Assembly: GCA_030390025.1 (NCBI GenBank)
Contig: CM059432.1
Span: 69,566,001-69,630,000 of the forward strand
Length of the DNA stretch: 64,000 bases
DNA from: Squalus acanthias
Lineage: Eukaryota
Direction of reading: 5' to 3'
Shown: positions 60,715 through 64,000 of the stretch, one piece after another
Layout of the letters: every line of letters starts with the position of its first letter
Position numbering within the stretch: the stretch's first letter is position 1
Notes under the pieces: generated by a model
Told to the model about the DNA's origin: nothing
The model's input: the letters and a program-made list of their open reading frames with translations, nothing else
Databases searched by the model: none
Translations under genes and position numbers: made by a program

Positions 60715-60801
<87 letters not shown>

Positions 60802-62706
60802 GCATCCAGGTCCACTCACATCAAAAGCAATCCAGGCAGGTCCTCTCTTACCAACAGCCAGACAATCTCTGCGAGCAGGCAGTCAGCAATGATGACATCA
60901 TCAGAGGCGACGTTCAGACTGAAACCACTAATTAGTTCATGGGTTCCCACATGCTGCAACTCAATTGCCCAATTAAGTGAAAATTGCATCATTCATCCAC
61001 ATTAATCTGGAGTCGGGGGGGGGAACACGAAATGCGGATGACACGACCCCAACCCGACCCCAAGACAAAATCCAGCCCATCCTCTCTGCATCTACCCTGT
61101 TAATCTCCTTCAGAATCTTATATGTTTCAATAAGATCCCCTCTCATTCTTCTAAACTCCAATGAGTATAGGCCCAACCTGCTCAACCTTTCTTCATAAGA
61201 CAACCCCATCAACCTCGTGAACCTTCTACTTGCCTCCAGTGCAAGTATATCCTTCCTTAAATAAGGAGACCAAAACTGTACACAGTACTCCAGGTGTGGT
61301 CTTACTAACGCCCTGTACAGTTGTAACAGGACTTCCCTACTTTTATACTCCATTCCCTTTGCAATAAAGGCCAACACTCCATTTGCCTTCATAATTACTT
61401 GCTGTACCTGCATGCTAACTTTTTGTGATTCATGTACAAGGACCCCCAGATCCCTCTGTACCTCAGCATTTTGTAATCTCTCCCCATTTAAATAATAATT
61501 TGCTTTTTTATTTTTCCTACCAAAGTGGATAACCTCGCATTTTCCCACATTAAACTCCATCTGCTAGATTTTTGCCCACTCACTTAGCCTATCTATATCC
61601 CTTTGGAGTTTCTTTGCGTCCTCCACACAATTTGCTTTCCCACCTATCTTTGTATCATCAGCAAATCTGGCTGCATTGCACTCAGTCCCTTCATCCAAGT
61701 CATTAATATAGATTGTAAATAGTTGAAGCCCCAGCACTGATCCCTGCGGCACCCCACTAGTTACAGTTTGCCAACTGGAAAATGACCTATTTATCCCGAC
61801 TCTCTGTTTTCTGTTAGTTAGCCAATCCTCTATCCATGCTAATATATTACCCCCAACCCCGTGAGCTCTTATTAGTAACCTTTTATGTGGCACCTTATAA
61901 AATGCCTTCTGGAATTCCAAATACACGACATCTACTAGTTCCCCTTTACCCACCTTGCTCATTACATCCTCCAGCAAATTTGTCAAACATGATTTCCCTT
62001 TCATAAAACCATGCTGACTCTGCTTGACTGTATTATGATTTTCTAAATGTCCTGCTATCACTTCCTTAATGATGGACTCCAGCATTTTCCCAATGACAGA
62101 TGTTAGGCTAACTGGTTGATAGTTGACTTCTTTCTGTCTCCCTCCTTTCTTAAATAGGGGTGTTACATTTGCGGTTTTCCAGTCCGCTGGGACCTCTCCA
62201 GAATCCAGGAATTTTGGTAGCTTACAACCAATGCATCCACTATCTCTGCAGCCACCTCTTTTAAGACTCTAGGATGCAGGCCATCGCGTCCAGGGGACTT
62301 GTCTACCTTTAGTCCCATTAGTTTGCCTAGTACTTTCTCTCTAGTGATAGTGATTGTTTTAAGTTCTTCCCCCCCCCCACCCTGATAGCCCCTTGATTAT
62401 CCATTATTGAGATACATTTAGTGTCTTCTACCATGAAGACCGATACAAAATATTTGTTCAAAGTCTCCGCCATTTCCCTGTTTCCCATTATTAATTGCCC
62501 AGACTCATCCTCTAGGAGACCAACGTTTACTTTAGCTACTCTCTTCCTTTTTATATACCTGTAGAAGCTCTTACTGTCTGTGTTTATATTTCTTGCTAGC
62601 TTACTCTCATAAGCTATCTTCTCTCTCTTTATCATTTTTTTTAGTCGTCCTTTGCTGGTTTTTAAAAATTTCCCAATCCTCTGGCCTTTTACTATTCTTC
62701 GCAACA
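59933..62706 (-). mobile_element. CR1 LINE ORF2 3' 1.9 kb (plus nested MITE)
   Basis: [43 protein letters not shown], 3' UTR. Confidence 0.92.
60254..61078. mobile_element. Harbinger-type MITE family E inside a CR1
   Basis: TIR GGGCTGGATTTTG / CAAAATCCAGCCC; TSD ATC; removing it restores the CR1 frame ERM|FPL. Confidence 0.92.
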
Positions 62707-63185
62707 ACGTGAGTCAGGGGACATTTGCCATACAGCGCTGACTCCAGGCAGGATCCTGGCTACTAAGATGGAGCATGCCTTTGCCATTCAGCAAAATCCC
62801 AGTGGCACTGCAGTGGGACTGATACTGCAGCAGCAGAAGAGACAACTAGGCATTTAAACTGGCAGAATAGTCCTAAAGAGGAGAAGGCAACAATGTTTTT
62901 TAGGTTTTGGCCTGAGACCAAGGCAAAATAGAGAGAGAGGAGGTCTTTACTAAACCCTTAACATCCAGCAGAAGATCTTGGGGTCATTCCTGCCACTTCC
63001 CTAAGCCTACCGCCATCTTCCACTAGGCAGTCCTGGGGGGGAAGCGATAAGAAGGGTGGGCGGGAGGGAAATAAGCCGCTGGGCCATGCTTCCCTGGTGG
63101 CATTTACATGAGGCAGACAAGGATGAAGTGGCCAGCAGTTGGCTAGCAAGTTATTAATTAATTAATTGAGATGGGAGACCAGGAA

Positions 63186-64000
63186 ATGTGTTGTTGTTGT
63201 TGCATGTGGGAGCTGGTGGACACCATTGAGGTCCAAGGCGACCACATCTACAGCAAATGTTGGCTGCTTGAGGAACTTCGGCTCAGTGTTGATGAGCTGG
63301 AGTCCGAGCTTCAGACACTGACACACTAGGGAGGGGGAGCGTTACCTGGACGCTAAGTTCCAGGAGGCAGTCACACCCACTAGAGTAATTACTTCCAATT
63401 TGGCCCATGGTCAGGGAAAGGTGGGTGTGACTACAAGCGAGGCAGGTATTGGGATCCAGGAGGTAGTGATGGAGGAGCCTCAGCCCTTGGCCTTGTCAAA
63501 CAGGTACAAGATTCTTGCTCCCTGTGTGGACGAGGGCAAGGACTGCAGGGAGGATGAGCAATCTGACCACAGCACCGTGGTACAGGGAGCCATTCAAGTG
63601 GGGAGAGTAAAAAGAAATGTTGTAGTGATAGGGGACAGTATAGTTAGGGGGATAGATACTGTTCTCTGCAGCCGAGAGCATGAGTCCTGAAGGCTGTGTT
63701 AAGGGTAAAGGACATCTCTGGGCTGAAGAGGAACTTGGAGTGGGAGGGGGAGGATCCAGTTGTCATGGTCCATGTAGGCACCAATGACATAGGTTGGACA
63801 AAGAAAGAGGTTCTGCTGAGAGAGTATAAGCAGCTAGGGGCTAAATTAAAAAGCAGAACCACAAAGGTAATAATCTCTGGATTACTACCTGAGCCACGAG
63901 CGAATTTGCATAGGGTAAATAAGATCAGAGAAATGAACCAGTGGCTCAAAGACTGGTGTGGGAGAAATGGGTTTCGATTTGTGGGGCACTGGCACCATTA
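63186..64000 (+). mobile_element. CR1 LINE ORF1 relic (SGNH esterase), runs off the window
   Basis: LEELRLSVDELESELQTL; VIGDSIVRG; HVGTNDIG; homologous to 3948..4900. Confidence 0.82.

Overview
Vertebrate genomic DNA, most likely a cartilaginous fish (inferred from the CR1/L2 LINE, DeuSINE, Penelope and Harbinger repertoire). The window is the interior of one + strand gene. Ten phase-compatible GT-AG exons (958..58026) encode a PLAT/LH2 domain followed by beta-trefoil-like repeats, which resembles the long PLAT-containing form of RP1. The introns are packed with nested transposons: CR1/L2 LINE fragments, tRNA-derived SINEs, many GG-ended PIF/Harbinger-type MITEs with 3-bp TSDs, non-autonomous Harbinger elements carrying only a spliced Myb/SANT gene, a split HARBI1-like transposase relic and two pogo/Tigger-like MITEs. 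The standout structure is a young Penelope-like (GIY-YIG) insertion at 35401..37742. It forms a near-perfect 2300-bp palindrome with an 8-nt loop, has a minimal hammerhead ribozyme in each arm, an unpaired 42-bp tail and a 13-bp target-site duplication. Its junction points to snap-back self-priming of the cDNA. All calls come from reading the sequence by eye; no database searches were run.
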